From assembly GCA_002104905.1 (NCBI GenBank), contig MCFE01000446.1:1-64000 (forward strand): a stretch of DNA of 64,000 nt, given 5' to 3'. The notes under the pieces are model-generated. The model searched no databases. It was not told the DNA's origin and saw nothing but the letters and a program-made list of their open reading frames with translations. A program made the position numbers and the translations under genes. Numbering within the stretch: position 1 is the first letter of the stretch; every line of letters starts with the position of its first letter. Positions 59,447 through 64,000 of this stretch are shown in pieces. This stretch comes from Basidiobolus meristosporus CBS 931.73 (lineage: Eukaryota > Fungi > Basidiobolomycota).

Positions 59447-62400
59447 ACGGCAACTTTGCAAGTACCACACCAAAAAGCCGTAAAGTTGAGGTGATAGAAG
59501 TATGTCAATTGCAGCAGGTGTGTGTGTTTGAAGAGGATAGTAGGCAGGAGGCCATAGTTTTTTTGATTTAAACTATATGTGGGATACCCAAGGCATAGTG
59601 GGTAAGCAAATTACCAGGGGTGACTCTACAGTGGAATATATGAATAGTGCAAGGAGAGGTAGAAAAAGGAAATACCATTTGGTAAATTAGTATGGTAGAA
59701 TTATACAGAACCCATTGTAGGCCACCATACTGCCAATATAATGCCATCAGAGTCTTGCTTAGAGCTTGTTAAAATACTGTCAGGTTTCTTGCCACATAAG
59801 GCAATTAGATTTCCTAGCCAGTTGGATCCATATAAAATAGTTGAAGAGTGCAAAATGACTGCAACAATACCACACAGTTATTGTCACAGCACCAATCAAA
59901 TACTGTCAAGTTTTATCACCATATTTGGTAGTACAATTGGCAAAATACTGTTGTGATCCTGTCATAAGATTGTTATGAGGGTCATTAACTCCAAGCTGCT
60001 GGTATTATGATGTTCTCTTAGCGGGATCTTGATGGCTGATCTGGATTGGATCCACCTGCAGGACCAAATTACTTTTCATAGGGCAGTAAAGAAAGGTGCA
60101 TCCTGCTGGATCTTCTGTCTTACAAATTTTGTCCCCAACAATTATCAGAGTATCCCACAAGATCCTGTTCTAAATCCTTATAAGTGTATCTTAAGCAGAT
60201 ATCAAAAGTTCCTTTTAGGTATCTAAAAATCTGCATAGCTACTGCAATATGATCAGATCAATAGTACTGATTATGTTGGTTGACAACTCCCACTCAATAA
60301 AAATATCTGGACATGCTCCAGGCATGATATGCATCAGACTTCTGACAATAGACTGATATGGAAAGTCAGGGCTCTCTAATGGCATTGAGCACTCTTGATT
60401 TGGTTGAGTTTTGACCAGGTTAAGGTTTGTCTCCATAGGGGTAGCTGTTGGTCTACAGTCTTCCATTTGCTACTTCTTTAGTATATCTTGAATATACTTG
60501 GATTAGTATTGGGTGATAATATGGGTACTTCTGTCTATGGAGAACTTAATCCATAAGTAATAACTGAGTTCTCCAAGATTGGACATCTTGAACTCCTTAG
60601 ATAGGCTGGATTAAGTCTCTTCCAATGTTGCTAGATTATTGGCAGCTATAATAAGATTACCCACATTTACAGCTAATAGTACTGGAATTACTCTATCTGG
60701 CTTATAGTAGATACTATAGTCAGCATTACTCCTTTGAAACTCAAAGATTCCAAACAAGAATCTATCTTGCAATTGCAGGGTCTTAGTGATTGTTTGAGAT
60801 CAAATAGAGACTTTTTAACCTAAAAGGCCAAATGGGGGTTATCTTAGTCCACAAATCCTTCAGGCTGGCCCATATACACATCCTCATCAAGTTCTCCATT
60901 CAAAAATGCAGCTTTTACATCCATTTAATGAATAAAAAACATATATTTGGCAGCAATAGCCAATAATAACCTGATGGAATTAAACTTGGCTACCAGTGCA
61001 AAGGCCTCAGTATAGTCTAATCTGTTTGCTTGAGAGTATTCTTTGTCCACAAGTCTTGCTTTGTATCTTTCAACTGTATCATCAGCCTGGTATTTGTCCT
61101 GAAGACCCATCTGCATGCAATTGATCATTGGCTAACTGGTAATTTGCCTAAGTCCCAACTTTGATTTTTCATTGGGGCCTGATACTCCTCAGTCATTGCA
61201 GATCTCCAAAACTTGGTCTCAGGGCTATTTAAGGCCTCTTTTACAATCTGGGGCTCATCAATATGGACTAAATAGGTATAGGCTAAGTTTGTACCCTCAT
61301 TGATAAAGTAATTTGGGCTGTTTCTTGTCCAGTTGGATCTCTGGGCATTTGATACTGGTATGATCACTTCTGGGATATTCCTGGGCACCAATTCATGCTG
61401 AAGTACAGTTATAGAGTCCTCTGCAGTGAGAAATTCTTCATTGCTTTGCTCTGATTCAATTCTGACAATTAATGGACTTGAAATCAGATTTTGTCATCAT
61501 GTGATATCATTTTTGTGAAAATTATGAATTTTCATCAAACAACTCATTGCTGGACTTGATCAGCTTCCTTGCTTTTGTATTTTAGAGTCTCTATGCGTTA
61601 CCTATCTTGAAGTAGCCCAAAAATATGCATTTTACACTTCTTGGCTCAAGTTTTGGCTGATTTCTGGGCAGTTTCTTGGCATGTGCTATGCATCCAAATA
61701 TCCTTAGGTGCTCTGCACTTGGTCTGTATCCATACCATGTTTCAAATGAAGTATGATCACAAAGTATTCTGCTATAACTTCTATTTCAAGGTATACAGCT
61801 GTGGCAACTGATTCTGCTCAAAAATCATAGGATATATTTTGATTGTGGATCATAGATCTTGCCATATCAGTTATCAATCTGTTTGCACATCTGGCTACTC
61901 TACTTTGCTGTGGGGAGTATGCTGCAGTAGTCTCTTGCTTTATCCCATGAATCTTGCAGAAGTGGATGAAGAGTTTTGAGGTATAATCTTCATTGTTGTC
62001 AAACATATTTTCTTGATCTTGTCACCAGTTTCTCTCTCCACCATGGCTTCAAACCCCCTGAACTTAGATAGAGCTTCTTCCTCTCTCTCCATGAAGTAAT
62101 CCCACATGTATCTTGTATAATCATAAATAAAAGTGATTAAATACTTCATCCCGCCTAAGGATGAATTTTGCATAGATCCACACAGATCTGAGTGAGTTAG
62201 ATCTAATTTTTTCCTAGTTTTGATCAGCCCAGAGCCCTTGAATAGCTGCCTGGCTTGTTTCCCAAATATGCAAGCTTCACAGTGCTCCAAATTAGTGGGG
62301 GGGAGCTACTATTACTCCGGAAATTAGCTGACCTTTGATCATTTTGCACAAATAATAAAATTTATGTGTCCAAATGTCCTGTGCCAAAGCATTGGTCTTT

Positions 62401-64000
62401 ATTCACTTAAGCTACTTACATTAGCTTCCAGATATGATGGAATATAAGTCAACTTGTATATATTTTGATTGCTGATACCCACAGCAATATGGGTACCATT
62501 TTAATCAGTGATCCTGTGACCAGAATTGTCAAAGCTGAAACTGAGTTCTTCCACAGTGGCCTTGCTCGCAGATAGTAGGCTCTTGGCTACTTGTTGTACA
62601 TAGAGTACTTCTTTAAAAGTCAATATATGGCCTCCTTCACTGCTTTTGGGTTACTTGGATAGTTCCTTCTCCCACCGCATCAAGTGTTATATTGTCACCC
62701 ATGAGAACCTTCTGCATTGGGATTTCTTGATATTGGGTAAAAAGTTCTTTTTGGTGTCTAAAGTGTTGAAATGCTCTAGAGTAAGTAGACCACATCTGAG
62801 AATCCTTATTTGCGGTCATATCTAATGCAGATATGAATGGTCTATCCTCATTTGTTGCAGCATTTCCATATTCAGGCTTTTATTACCATATTATCTCTCT
62901 TTTTGAGAAACTGGTCTTACGTGTGTCCTTTCCGTTTGCAGTAGTTGCAAGACAGTCTGTTGTTGCCTTTTTGGGTCTTTGGTACCTCCTTTATTGGTTA
63001 TCATTGCTTATAAAAGCATTTTGTTCTTCCTTCTTATTGGTGCTTGATTCTCTTAATTCTTAATCCAGGAGCCTTCCATATATGTATTTAAGGCCAAATT
63101 TTCAGCTCTGGACTCTAGGGCTGATACAAAGCCCTGAAACTCACCTTTTGGGCTATTCAGGATGGTAACTATCATATTCTCATCAGTAGTTGGCTCACCC
63201 ACAGATTCCATCTCATCTATCAGCAGGGTAATTCTGTTTATTAGATTTTTCATTTCTTCTGACTGCATCTTTGTAGTAAAGAATATTTGTCTCAGATACA
63301 TTTTCTTTGAAGCTGAATATGACTAGTAGGTATCATCTAATGCCTTTCAGGCATTCTTTGCTGTTTTGCACCTAAGCATTGAATTAGCAATTTGTCATTA
63401 ATAATAAGGCCAATGCAGTTAAAGGCACTCTGTTCTTTCTTCTGGTACTTTATGGCTTCCTGTCCCCCTGGTGTGATCTAAAAGATGTTGCTCTGAAGCA
63501 TGTGCATTGACCCAATGCATGTTGACTCAATGTGGGGCACTCTGGTAAAGGTTGTTGACGTAGTCTGGACTGATGTGTGCCGGCGTGCTGTGGTTGCAAG
63601 AGATGGTAAGGAATCCAGCAAGGCGTGCTGGCGCAATCTGGACAATGTTGCTCATGGTCTGTATTCTTCCTGCTGAAGCTCACCATCTGATTCCTCAAGG
63701 TATTCACTTACCCTCTGTCTGATACTTTGGAGCTGTTGCCTGGAAGAGTCCTGTGTATATTGCTCTTGGAAGCCACTTAGCGCTACCAATATACCACATA
63801 GTACATTGGACATGTGAGGCAAAAACTCATTCAAAGTCTCTTTGGTTCCCAAAGTTGAGGCACAAACAGACACATCCGGCCCGTACTGTGCAAATTGCGC
63901 GCAAAATTGTTCCCACGCGGCTTCTTCATCAAATCCACTCACTCTCAGCTCATTCTTGATTTCAATACTTGTCTTGTTTTATATCTTCTTACATACATTG

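Larger units (their letters stand above)
53224..60083 (+). mobile_element. Complete (decayed) DNA transposon with Tnp2/Transposase_21 (CACTA/EnSpm-like) transposase, 11-bp TIR CCCTATGAAAA, 6-bp TSD CAGTAA
   Basis: TIRs at 53224 and 60083; CAGTAA at 53218-53223 and 60084-60089; subterminal GATCCTGTCA at 53246, 53298 and 59955. Confidence 0.9.
52980..63480 (-). mobile_element. Degenerate Ty1/copia LTR retrotransposon gag-pol, split by the 53224-60083 insertion
   Basis: Order gag (~63.3k), protease (~62.8k), integrase (CEACIFGKQ, HSDLCG, YSPQQ), RT (YKARLV, DVKAAFLNG), RNase H (GAVSWNS, LSTTEAEY, DNQGCI, RTKHIDIR). Many stops. LTRs not identified. Confidence 0.93.

Noticed and set aside
1-64000. 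CRISPR arrays, rRNA, operon-like prokaryotic systems
   Set aside because: None seen; sequence is eukaryotic with spliceosomal introns.

Overview
Eukaryotic DNA, almost certainly fungal: short GT-AG introns, TATA boxes about 40-60 nt upstream of ATGs, NSA2/DFG10 orthologues. An early-diverging, repeat-rich fungus such as Entomophthorales is plausible, but that is inference only. The window has four sharply bounded compositional domains. (1) ~1-15.3 kb, CpG-retaining accessory region: a ~10 kb-offset segmental duplication of the cassette [secreted protein A - secreted protein B - tRNA-Leu(CAG)], B pseudogenes, a beta-defensin-like peptide gene and decayed 7TM-like remnants. (2) ~15.3-23.2 kb, CpG-depleted: more B pseudogenes plus DNA-transposon and LINE debris. 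(3) ~23.3-43.7 kb, CpG-rich gene island: ABCB/MDR transporter, two small secreted proteins, GST, double-LIM protein, pyridoxamine-oxidase-like flavoprotein, DFG10, NSA2, and an orphan membrane protein with a pseudogene paralogue. (4) ~43.7-64 kb, CpG-depleted nested transposons: a copia element split by a complete Tnp2/CACTA-like DNA transposon (CCC...GGG ends, unusual 6-bp TSD), which itself carries a solo LTR from a family whose 4-bp TSDs centre on CpG. All alignments were done by eye; no database searches were run.
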